Below are positions 11,033 through 18,695 of a stretch of DNA of 44,242 bases, piece after piece. The DNA comes from an uncultured Gammaproteobacteria bacterium (GTDB lineage Bacteria; Patescibacteriota; Microgenomatia; UBA8517), in assembly GCA_964617045.1 (NCBI GenBank), contig CAZTVZ010000001.1, positions 90,521-134,762 of the forward strand, given 5' to 3'. How positions within the stretch are numbered: position 1 is the stretch's first letter; every line of letters begins with the position of its first letter. The translations under genes were made by a program, and so were the position numbers. Under the pieces are notes generated by a model. It saw only the letters and a list, made by a program, of their open reading frames with translations, was not told the DNA's origin and searched no databases.

Positions 11033-11061
11033 ATAATAATGTTTCACAGAGGATGTGTCAA
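11033..11061 (-). promoter_or_regulatory. sigma70 promoter of the xer gene (near-leaderless)
   Basis: TTGACA-17 nt-TATTAT-8 nt-ATG on the minus strand. Confidence 0.7.
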
Positions 11062-11084
11062 TAAGATTGTGCGACGTAGAAGAA

Positions 11085-11768
11085 TTATTTACCTACAAAT
11101 AATTTTTTATAAACAGGGTAGAGTGTCGGCTCCTTGTCCAAATCGACTTCGATTTCGTCATATTCTATTACCCTGGGCATAGGTTTAACTTTATAGTTGT
11201 ATCTATGTGGAACAAGCATAATTTCGACTTTGTCGTCAACTTCAAGAATTTTTTCTGTATCTTCCAAAGAATCTTCTATATGAAGTGCAATTCCAAGTCT
11301 TTTTATGGTATTCGCTTTGAACATTTTTCTTTCTTCACGAACATTCGTATTACAAAGATTTATTGTATTTTGATCGACAAAAGGAAAATGAATTTTAAAC
11401 CATTCCCTGGTCATTTCTGCGCTCCTAGCCTCACGGGAAGTAATTATCTGAGGCTTAACTCCATAATCGTAGAGTTTTCCAAGAAGAATTTCGGCTCCTT
11501 CAATGGGTGGAGATTTTAATAAAATTTCGGGCGTATACCATAATTTTATAAGCACTTCATAAGCTTCGGCTTCAGACAAACCTTCATCCATTGCCCAATG
11601 TTGGACACAATCCCAGTGATCCAAATCCGCAGGTTTTTTATTTGTTCCAAAAATTTTATTAAATTCTTCAACAACCGGAACACCTGAATAAGCAAGACAT
11701 CCATCAACATCGAAACTGATGTTGGAATATTTTAAAATTTCTCCTGTTCTAGGTCGTTCCAGTCTCAT
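11085..11768 (-). CDS. HAD-superfamily 5'(3')-deoxyribonucleotidase-like protein
   Basis: FDVDGCL motif I, ITSR motif II, HIEDS motif. Start placed at 11768 because TACAAT lies 7 nt upstream. Confidence 0.75.
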   Translation of the reverse strand: MRLERPRTGEILKYSNISFDVDGCLAYSGVPVVEEFNKIFGTNKKPADLDHWDCVQHWAMDEGLSEAEAYEVLIKLWYTPEILLKSPPIEGAEILLGKLYDYGVKPQIITSREARSAEMTREWFKIHFPFVDQNTINLCNTNVREERKMFKANTIKRLGIALHIEDSLEDTEKILEVDDKVEIMLVPHRYNYKVKPMPRVIEYDEIEVDLDKEPTLYPVYKKLFVGK

Positions 11769-12145
11769 TTCGGGCATTGTACACGAGGTAAATTAATAAT
11801 TCCATTGGAATATAAATTAGCCTCAAATATAACCTCACCAAATCGATTCTAAGGCCTGTCTAAATGAAAAGACGACTATCTATTCATCCCGTACTATTGG
11901 GCTTTTATGCAAATCGTTATTTTTATTATTAACACTATTTTGTAACTATTTTTCACAAACACTGGAAAACAGGGGAGGGGTACTAAACGATAAAATTCAT
12001 TTCGGGATAGTTTCGGTCGGAGAAAATAAATATCGAACATCAAAAACAGGGAAAATACATAGTAGTACAGTTACTTTTCGTTTTTTATGCCAGACATGTT
12101 CCTTAGCATACACTGACCTTATCCCTACCCTTACATTTTTAGAAT

Positions 12146-12173
12146 AGGTCGCAAAAGTTACATTGTGCGACTT
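12146..12173. other. Candidate dif-like Xer recombination site (11-6-11)
   Basis: AGGTCGCAAAA-GTTACA-TTGTGCGACTT; arms are 9/11 complementary. It lies in the long intergenic gap about 1.1 kb from xer, near the gene-strand switch. Confidence 0.5.
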
Positions 12174-12359
12174 ACCATATTCAAAGAGGCTGGGATGAAT
12201 AAATCATTAATTAATAAGTATTCAATACCATCGAGGGATAATCTAAAAAACATTGTGTAATAAATTTTAAAGGGTCTTCCCCGGTTGTTCCGTCTATCTA
12301 ACCGTTACACGCCTAGAAAGAGCGAAAGAGGCTCTTGTAGGCATATTAGCCTTGAAAAG

Positions 12360-12368
12360 TTATCCACA
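12360..12368 (+). promoter_or_regulatory. Consensus DnaA box
   Basis: TTATCCACA exact match; TTTTTCACA at 11949-11957 also fits TTWTNCACA. Confidence 0.45.
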
Positions 12369-12634
12369 GAGAGAAGGTTTAGAGGAATAATTACGTGTTT
12401 TCGTGCCTAGTAACTATATCATTGTGTATCACCATTTACCCCCAAGGGAAGTTTCGGGTTTTTTCCGCAATACGATTTGTCGCAAATTGTGAAAATTGTG
12501 AAGTATATTTGTGAAAATTAGCACTCCCCAGTCTTGATTAATAACCTATAATTATAGGGTGTGTACTACCCTCTCTCCCCTTGTCGGGGTATGTTTAAAT
12601 TTTTTTCTTATTTTGTGCGTAATCTGAAGCTAAT

Positions 12635-13405
12635 TTATAAACCCCATTTCGTGGCTATGAACATTCCAATAAAAACAAGCCCAACCATGAAAAGATATTC
12701 CCTCAGAGTTTGTGAGAATAATCTACCCTCCCACAGAGCCTGACCTAAACCTACCAACATGTAAATTGCCATAGTTAAAAACAACGAACCGACAACAACC
12801 GTAACCGGCCAAAAGAATAAAGACGCTGCAATCTCCCCCACTATCAAACTAGAAATCAAACTGTATGTAACTATTTCTTTTGAAAATTCGTTTTTTAAAT
12901 CTACCTGCCAAATTCCCTGAACCATTAATGGAAATGCTAATGCGGCAATAGACAGTGCAGTGATGGGGAGGAGAGTTCTTAAAGACAATATTGCATCAAA
13001 AACAAGGAACGAAGTGACAAGTGTGAGTACAAATCCAACACCGCGAGCGGCCCTCAACAGTGCAATTGTTCTTACAGCAGAAACGGTAAAAATATTCATT
13101 GTTAATGCAAGTATGTAGATGCCTATTCCGAAAAACAAAATTATCGGGATTCTGGTAAACACACTTGAAGGAAGAAGGAACCAAAAAATTCCCACACCCA
13201 ATGTAAACATAGTAGGTAAAATTAGTGTAAGAAGAGTCGCGTTTTTGCCGATTCCTTCGCGTAAACTAAACCAAAAAAGTCCCGTTGTCAGAAGTCCCAA
13301 TAATCCGATTGCAGGAAACTTAAATCTTTCATCTAACAGCTGTATACCGATAAATCCCAAGGAAAGGAGAATGGAAGTTAATACAAATTTACGTCTTTTG
13401 CTCAT
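12635..13405 (-). CDS. Multi-pass membrane protein of unknown function (possibly DUF5656-like)
   Basis: About 8-9 hydrophobic segments, directly downstream of yebC; the family label is from memory and uncertain. Confidence 0.75.
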   Translation of the reverse strand: MSKRRKFVLTSILLSLGFIGIQLLDERFKFPAIGLLGLLTTGLFWFSLREGIGKNATLLTLILPTMFTLGVGIFWFLLPSSVFTRIPIILFFGIGIYILALTMNIFTVSAVRTIALLRAARGVGFVLTLVTSFLVFDAILSLRTLLPITALSIAALAFPLMVQGIWQVDLKNEFSKEIVTYSLISSLIVGEIAASLFFWPVTVVVGSLFLTMAIYMLVGLGQALWEGRLFSQTLREYLFMVGLVFIGMFIATKWGL

Positions 13406-13420
13406 TGTTCGGGCAAGGGC

Positions 13421-14167
13421 TTATTTATTAAGTTGAGCCATTATTTCATCCGAAATTTCGCTGTTGTCCGAAACTTTCTGAACATCATCGTCGTCGTTAA
13501 GGCTGTCCAAGAAATTAAGCACCTTTTGGGCATCTCCCGTATTATCGATTTTTACGGTATTAACAGGTTTCATGTAAAGTTCCAAATCCGATATTTCAAA
13601 TCCTGCTTCTTCAACCTTTTTCCTGGTTTCCGAAAGTTTATCCGGAGCCGTATAAACCTCTATTGATCCGTCCATCTCTTCGACATCCTCGGCCCCCAAA
13701 TCAATTAGTTCCAACATTAAATCCTCGATGTTTCCTTCTTTTTTGGCAACAAAGTACCCCTTGCTGACAAAGTTGAAAGAAACCGATCCTGGTCCACCCA
13801 AGTTGCCCCCTACTCTTTCAAAAAGATTTTTAATAACCTGTCCGGTTCTGTTTTTATTATCAGTTGCAACCGTAACAAGGACCGCTATTCCGCAAGGACC
13901 GAATCCTTCGTAGGTTGCTTCTTCGATGTTTTCTGCTGAAGACTGAGCTCTGGCAAGTGCCCTGTCGATATTATCTTTAGGCATGTTAGAACCTCGGGCT
14001 TTTTCAATAACAACCCTTAATTTGAAGTTGGTATCAGGATCAGGACCGCCTCCGGTTTTAATCGCAATTGCGATTTCCTTGGCGATCTTACTGAATATCT
14101 TCCCTTTTTGGGCATCTTTCAGTTCCTTCTGTCTGTGTATTGTTGCGTAATGTGAATGACCTGACAT
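13421..14167 (-). CDS. yebC: YebC/PmpR family protein
   Basis: MSGHSHYATI, NMPKDNIDRA, YEGFGPCG, TDNKNRT, DDDDVQKV. Confidence 0.95.
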   Translation of the reverse strand: MSGHSHYATIHRQKELKDAQKGKIFSKIAKEIAIAIKTGGGPDPDTNFKLRVVIEKARGSNMPKDNIDRALARAQSSAENIEEATYEGFGPCGIAVLVTVATDNKNRTGQVIKNLFERVGGNLGGPGSVSFNFVSKGYFVAKKEGNIEDLMLELIDLGAEDVEEMDGSIEVYTAPDKLSETRKKVEEAGFEISDLELYMKPVNTVKIDNTGDAQKVLNFLDSLNDDDDVQKVSDNSEISDEIMAQLNK

Positions 14168-14229
14168 ATAAAAAGCCCTTTCGGACTTGGGATATTATAC
14201 CTCATAGGCCACTCCCCTTTCAAACCACG

Positions 14230-14281
14230 AAAAACCCGAGGCTTGTAGATGGCATAAGCCAAATACTTACCTCGGGTAAGT
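14230..14281 (-). terminator. Terminator-like 3' element of cassette C with an alternative fold
   Basis: ACCCGAGG/CCTCGGGT plus TTTT; competing ACTTACC-CGA-GGTAAGT hairpin. Confidence 0.6.
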
Positions 14282-14293
14282 CATACTGCGAAT

Positions 14294-14449
14294 TTAATAC
14301 GATCCAAGTATTGCAAGGATAATAATTAGTATTACAAGCAAAAAAGCACAAAGAGCTGAAATTGATGCTTCAAAGATATGCCTTAATGTTTGCACGACCC
14401 TTCCTATTTTTCTTTTTTCTTCCCTCAAGTCGGCCATGGCAACCACCAT
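14294..14449 (-). CDS. Small membrane protein, 51 aa
   Basis: TAATG coupling to the upstream ORF; MVVAMADLREEKRK...SALCAFLLVILIIILAILGSY* with a C-terminal TM segment. Confidence 0.6.
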   Translation of the reverse strand: MVVAMADLREEKRKIGRVVQTLRHIFEASISALCAFLLVILIIILAILGSY

Positions 14450-14583
14450 TATGGTATCGCCGGACCGCCAACAAGCGGAATAATTACAAATAGGATTACG
14501 ATCGCAATAACAATGAACCAAAATGTTTCTTTTGCGCTTGGTGTTGTGTTAGGATCTCGAACATACTTAATCTGTTTGGACAT
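14449..14583 (-). CDS. Small single-pass membrane protein, 44 aa (missed by the ORF track)
   Basis: GGAGG SD inside the end of the upstream ORF; MSKQIKYVRDPNTTPSAKETFWFIVIAIVILFVIIPLVGGPAIP*. Confidence 0.7.
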   Translation of the reverse strand: MSKQIKYVRDPNTTPSAKETFWFIVIAIVILFVIIPLVGGPAIP

Positions 14584-14584
14584 T

Positions 14585-14785
14585 TTATCCTCCTGAACCG
14601 GCATATTTACTGCAAATGTTTGTTAACAAGATCAAAAAATACCACAAGGTAACAATGGTTGCCACGCCAAAGGCAGTCGCAACATCTGCAGCGGATCTTT
14701 TTGTCAACACTAAGTAAGCAGTTGTTCCCCACAAAAGACCGGCCGAAAGCACAAAAGCTAAAGGAATAATTAACTCGATTACCAT
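14585..14785 (-). CDS. Small two-pass membrane protein, 66 aa
   Basis: GAAAGGAGG SD; two hydrophobic helices. Confidence 0.75.
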   Translation of the reverse strand: MVIELIIPLAFVLSAGLLWGTTAYLVLTKRSAADVATAFGVATIVTLWYFLILLTNICSKYAGSGG

Positions 14786-14830
14786 TTTTCCTCCTTTCTT
14801 CGCAGTATGTTAAAGAGCAAATTTCGCTAC

Positions 14831-14874
14831 AAAAAAAGCTCCTCTTTGGTAAGGCTAACCTTGCCACTGGAGCT
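14831..14874 (-). terminator. Leader terminator/attenuator of cassette C
   Basis: AGCTCC...TGGCAAGG-TTAG-CCTTACCA...GGAGCT followed by a T tract, between the promoter and the first ORF. Confidence 0.65.
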
Positions 14875-14893
14875 CCTCTTGAGCAGTGTGGGT

Positions 14894-14922
14894 ATTATAT
14901 CACATTATGGGTCATTTGTCAA
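14894..14922 (-). promoter_or_regulatory. Consensus sigma70 promoter of cassette C
   Basis: TTGACA-17 nt-TATAAT with extended TG. Confidence 0.85.
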
Positions 14923-14946
14923 GTACTTGGGTTTTAAATTAGGCAT

Positions 14947-14983
14947 AAAAAGGGGGTAATTTCCTTGTTAGGATTTTACCCCC
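14947..14983 (-). terminator. Intrinsic terminator of cassette D
   Basis: GGGGGTAAAATCCT-AACA-AGGAAATTACCCCC plus TTTTT. Confidence 0.85.
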
Positions 14984-14987
14984 ACTT

Positions 14988-16119
14988 CACTTCATCAGAT
15001 CGGATATTGCCTTACTACCAAATGGTTCAATGCCTCAATACGCACCTGCATGTCTTTGATCAGGTTTGCGTCCTCGAATTCGCATGCATATTCGAATTGT
15101 TTTGGACTATGTGCATTGATCATCATTCCTGAAATGATTTGGTTCATCATTCCCAAATCACACCAAAAAGCCTCAGTACAAGCAATTTCTACCCATTCGC
15201 GGTACTCATCGGCAAGGGTGATTGCCCTATCAAGAAGATTCTTGTAAATACCAGGGTCGTCATGCAACTTAGGCTCATACTCCTTAATATAAAACATTAT
15301 CTGTTCGAAATTGCCAATCAAATTTACTGCTGTACTGATAGCCTCAGGCTGATATCTATTTGATTGTTCGAATACAAGCTGACAATCTTCAGGCATAACT
15401 TCCTCTTCCTTGAGAAGTTGAGCACATGCTTTTTCCTTCGCATCTACCGCTTTCTTGGATATTTCTTGCGCTTCAACTTCAATCACTTGATTAAGTTCGT
15501 CGACTCCCGAGGCAAGTTCACATGCTTTTAAGTATGCATTTTCGGCTATTGCCAGATACTCGGCATTGGTTTGGAATTCAACGTTATTTGATGCGACTTC
15601 GTAAACTCCAAAATAGTCAGAAAATGTTTTGGCCATACAATGGCTCTTTCGTAAAAGGTGCAGCTGTGTTTTCTTCTCCTCAATGTATTCAAATATGGGA
15701 ATCGCCATATCCGTTCTGCCGGCATCCAAAATTGCACTTCGAATAATCTCCCATTTCCATTCCGAACTTATGTCCGGATCTGATTGAATCAGACGCAACG
15801 CCGTTTTAATTTCATCGGTGTAATGAGAGTATATATATATCTTATTGAGCAGATCCTTTTTTTCCTTGGCTCTCTCATGCTGATCTTTGACCTGGTCATA
15901 CATCCTCAATTCCCATAATTCCAAAAAGTTGTTAAAGGATGCTCCGGAATACGAATATAATTCGGCCTTTACCTTTTTCTCAATCTTTTTCCCTCTTGAT
16001 ACACATACCTTGGCATATTCCATCCATGCTCTACGGGTTCCAATACGGCCGGCAAGATACCGCAATAAAAATAACGGTGCTTTCATTTTTCCCTCCTTTG
16101 GGTTAAATCTGATGAAATG
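14988..16119 (-). repeat. Cassette D closing inverted repeat (arms 16119-16107 and 15000-14988)
   Basis: CATTTCATCAGAT / ATCTGATGAAGTG, 13 bp with one U-G wobble in the sense RNA; the right arm contains the TGA stop. Confidence 0.8.
14995..16086 (-). CDS. Hypothetical alpha-helical (repeat-like) protein, 363 aa
   Basis: Start moved to MKAPLF because AAAGGAGG precedes ATG 16086; no recognisable catalytic motif. Confidence 0.8.
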   Translation of the reverse strand: MKAPLFLLRYLAGRIGTRRAWMEYAKVCVSRGKKIEKKVKAELYSYSGASFNNFLELWELRMYDQVKDQHERAKEKKDLLNKIYIYSHYTDEIKTALRLIQSDPDISSEWKWEIIRSAILDAGRTDMAIPIFEYIEEKKTQLHLLRKSHCMAKTFSDYFGVYEVASNNVEFQTNAEYLAIAENAYLKACELASGVDELNQVIEVEAQEISKKAVDAKEKACAQLLKEEEVMPEDCQLVFEQSNRYQPEAISTAVNLIGNFEQIMFYIKEYEPKLHDDPGIYKNLLDRAITLADEYREWVEIACTEAFWCDLGMMNQIISGMMINAHSPKQFEYACEFEDANLIKDMQVRIEALNHLVVRQYPI

Positions 16120-16179
16120 TAAAAGTACAGTGCTTACAGTAAGCACAAATTAACTTTGAGCATAATTTCAAAGTGCCTG

Positions 16180-16208
16180 ATTCTAGCCTATTATAGGCTT
16201 AATGTCAA
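16180..16208 (-). promoter_or_regulatory. sigma70 promoter of cassette D with a palindrome in the spacer
   Basis: TTGACA-17 nt-TAGAAT; AGCCTAT-N-ATAGGCT dyad at 16185-16199. Confidence 0.8.
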
Positions 16209-16271
16209 AAATGTCTCATCTAGTTCTTGACTTCTTTCCCCACTTTTCTATACTCTTTTTTAGTCTTAATC

Positions 16272-16976
16272 ATGGATACGTCTGCCCAACTGGCAATAAA
16301 ACAAGCTCTCCAAGGAAACTGGGTTGAAGCAATTAAAATAAACGAAGGAATTTTAAAAGATAATCCTGAAGATATTGATGCTCTCAATAGGCTTGGCCGT
16401 GCACACAGTGAACTTGGATGCATTAAAAAGGCAAAAGATGCAGCACAAAAGGTTCTTAAAATATCTCCCGACAACTCAATCGCCCTTAAGGCTTTAATCA
16501 AACTCGAAAATATGGATGAGGGAGAATGCCCATGTGGGAAGATATCCTCACCGGACGATTTTTTGGAAGAACCAGGGAAAACAAAAATGATGTATGTCAT
16601 GCATCAGGGAGACCCCAAAGTAATTGCCACTCTTGATGCTGGAGACGAAGTTAGGCTTGACTCCCACAGCCACAGATTGGAGATATTAACCGAAGACGGA
16701 AAATATGTAGGAAGGTTGCCTGATGATTTGTCGGCGAGAATTAAAATGCTTATCTCATGTGGTAACGAATACAAAGTGGTCATTAAGTCTCTCGATCAAG
16801 CTGGCGTAAAAATACTGCTTAGAGAAACAAAAAATAAGAGTGGCACACCCAGCTTCCCGGCAGAAAAAATTGAATATGTGAGTTTTACTCCTCCCGAGTT
16901 GGTACACAAAAACGATATGGAGATTTCCGCTTCGGAAGAAGAGTCACATTCTTTGGACGGAGCAGGAGTATCTTAA
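16272..16976 (+). CDS. TPR-containing protein with a C-terminal HIRAN-like beta domain
   Basis: AIKQALQGNWVEAI / DIDALNRLGRAH TPR pattern; GKYVGRLPDDLS HIRAN-like segment. TTGACT-16-TATACT promoter upstream supports start 16272. Confidence 0.7.
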   Translation: MDTSAQLAIKQALQGNWVEAIKINEGILKDNPEDIDALNRLGRAHSELGCIKKAKDAAQKVLKISPDNSIALKALIKLENMDEGECPCGKISSPDDFLEEPGKTKMMYVMHQGDPKVIATLDAGDEVRLDSHSHRLEILTEDGKYVGRLPDDLSARIKMLISCGNEYKVVIKSLDQAGVKILLRETKNKSGTPSFPAEKIEYVSFTPPELVHKNDMEISASEEESHSLDGAGVS

Positions 16977-17905
16977 TATCTCTTTCCAAACTTCTCACCC
17001 AATTCGACAACCAAATCAAAATTACCTTCGGGCTTTTCATATTTCTTACCACAAGAGTAGATCAAAGATACTTCGTTTACCATTTTTTTGTTCTCCCCTT
17101 TTACCAGGCAGTCAAATTCAATTTTCTCACCCTTATCGACAGAGGCGGCTTTAATACCCAATACCTCAAGGGTAGATCCGACTTCTTGGGCAACATATAA
17201 TTTCCCCGTGTTGTCTTTGATTAGAGCTTTATATCCCATTCTTCCGTATTCCTGACTGCCGAATACCACAAGCAAGTTGTTGGGTATTTTGGATGTGGGA
17301 ACATATCCCATTTCCCCATCAACAAGTTTTTCTTTTCTCAAATATGTTGTATTTTCCAAACTCATATCTATTCTTTTTCCTCCGGACACACCCATTGAAT
17401 AGATCATCAGGTTAATTTTGTCTCCAAAACCCATATTGGATCCTCCGAACGAGAACAAAGATCCCAGCATTGGAAGAAGTTTGCCTTCAGCAAGAGCAAG
17501 ATGTTTATCGTTCGCCCAAGCCGAAACAGGAAAGTGAAAATTACGCACAATGGACTCCTGCATTAACGTTCCTCCCATTTTCTCATTCTCTCCCAATTTC
17601 CAAAGACTTTTTGATTTCCATGAACCCAACTGTCTCGATACGGTAAGTTGAGTGTTTGCAGGAATCGTAATATTTGTAATCTCACCCGCTTCAGGATCAA
17701 AGGTGGATACAATAATTTCTCCTTCTTTGCCCTGAATCGCAATACTAACTTTATTTTTCCCTCCAAAATGACAATCCGTACAAAAGACATATGCAATGAT
17801 TCCAAGGATTACAAACAAGGGAATAAGAATTGGCCAAACGTTAAACGAAGACTTTTTCTTTCTATACACTCTCATTCTGTGGTTTTGGGCAGTTTTTCTC
17901 TTCAT
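16973..17905 (-). CDS. Membrane-anchored LytR/CpsA/Psr (LCP)-like protein
   Basis: Basic N-terminus plus TM segment, ITNITIPANTQL LCP-like strand, C-terminal LytR_C-like DLVVELG. Confidence 0.55.
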   Translation of the reverse strand: MKRKTAQNHRMRVYRKKKSSFNVWPILIPLFVILGIIAYVFCTDCHFGGKNKVSIAIQGKEGEIIVSTFDPEAGEITNITIPANTQLTVSRQLGSWKSKSLWKLGENEKMGGTLMQESIVRNFHFPVSAWANDKHLALAEGKLLPMLGSLFSFGGSNMGFGDKINLMIYSMGVSGGKRIDMSLENTTYLRKEKLVDGEMGYVPTSKIPNNLLVVFGSQEYGRMGYKALIKDNTGKLYVAQEVGSTLEVLGIKAASVDKGEKIEFDCLVKGENKKMVNEVSLIYSCGKKYEKPEGNFDLVVELGEKFGKRY

Positions 17906-17963
17906 TAAACCGTACTTCTTAGTCTAATAAGAAAAGGTCATGCGTGTAAAGGGGATTGTGAAA

Positions 17964-18674
17964 TTACTCTACTTGATTCAGATTATTAACAACCTTTTGA
18001 AGGTCTTCCGGCAAGTCTTGGGAGTAGGTTACCCTTTCTCCGCTGCCGGGATGATTAAACGAGATGTCTTTGGCGTGCAAAAATAATCTTGGGCACCATT
18101 TCCTGTCGTTTCTGGCTGTTTTTCTCCCGGCATAAAAATCGTCAGCAACAATAGGATTACCCAAATGCTTCATATGTATTCTTATTTGATGTGTTCTCCC
18201 CGTCTTGGGTTTACATTCGACAAGAGAATACGATCCTTCTTGGTTGGAATAGTGTGCTTTTACTTCGTAAAGAGTAAGAGCATCCCTTCCCCCGGGCAAT
18301 ACGCCAAAACGATCCCTCCTCCAAGGAAGCCTTCCGACTGGAGCGTTTACCTCTCCCTTTTCGCTGGCTAATTTTCCGTGGACCAGACAAACATACGTTT
18401 TTTCTACTTCCCTCTCCTTAAATTCGCGTTGGAGAGCCCAAAACACCCCTTCGGTCTTGGCAACAAGAAGCAGTCCTGATGTTTCTTTGTCCAGTCTGTG
18501 CACAATGCCATTTCGAAGCTCACGATTATTGTTAAGGGGGTAATCAAGAGTTGTTCTTGCCCATTTCTGCAGTACGGGTTGGGTTGTAGTGGTATCAGCC
18601 TCATTCGTAATCCAGCCGGCTGGTTTTGATACAACAAAATACTCCGTATTTTCGTATATTACTTTAGGTTCCAT
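17964..18674 (-). CDS. RluA-family pseudouridine synthase
   Basis: VSKPAG, VHRLDKETSG catalytic Asp, KTGRTHQIRIH, LFLHA. Confidence 0.95.
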   Translation of the reverse strand: MEPKVIYENTEYFVVSKPAGWITNEADTTTTQPVLQKWARTTLDYPLNNNRELRNGIVHRLDKETSGLLLVAKTEGVFWALQREFKEREVEKTYVCLVHGKLASEKGEVNAPVGRLPWRRDRFGVLPGGRDALTLYEVKAHYSNQEGSYSLVECKPKTGRTHQIRIHMKHLGNPIVADDFYAGRKTARNDRKWCPRLFLHAKDISFNHPGSGERVTYSQDLPEDLQKVVNNLNQVE

Positions 18675-18695
18675 GAGAGTATTTTAACACGAAGA

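Larger units (their letters stand above)
14282..14809 (-). repeat. Cassette C closing inverted repeat (arms 14809-14799 and 14292-14282)
   Basis: CATACTGCGAA / TTCGCAGTATG, a perfect 11 bp match. The left arm is next to GAAAGGAGG; the right arm starts 1 nt after the last stop. Confidence 0.8.

Noticed and set aside
12270-12460. 6S RNA, tmRNA, RNase P or SRP RNA in the long gap
   Set aside because: No continuous rod pairing and no hallmark motifs were found.
14294-14521. 75-aa version of the last cassette C ORF
   Set aside because: Its N-terminal part overlaps the SD-led 44-aa ORF; TAATG coupling supports a start at 14449.
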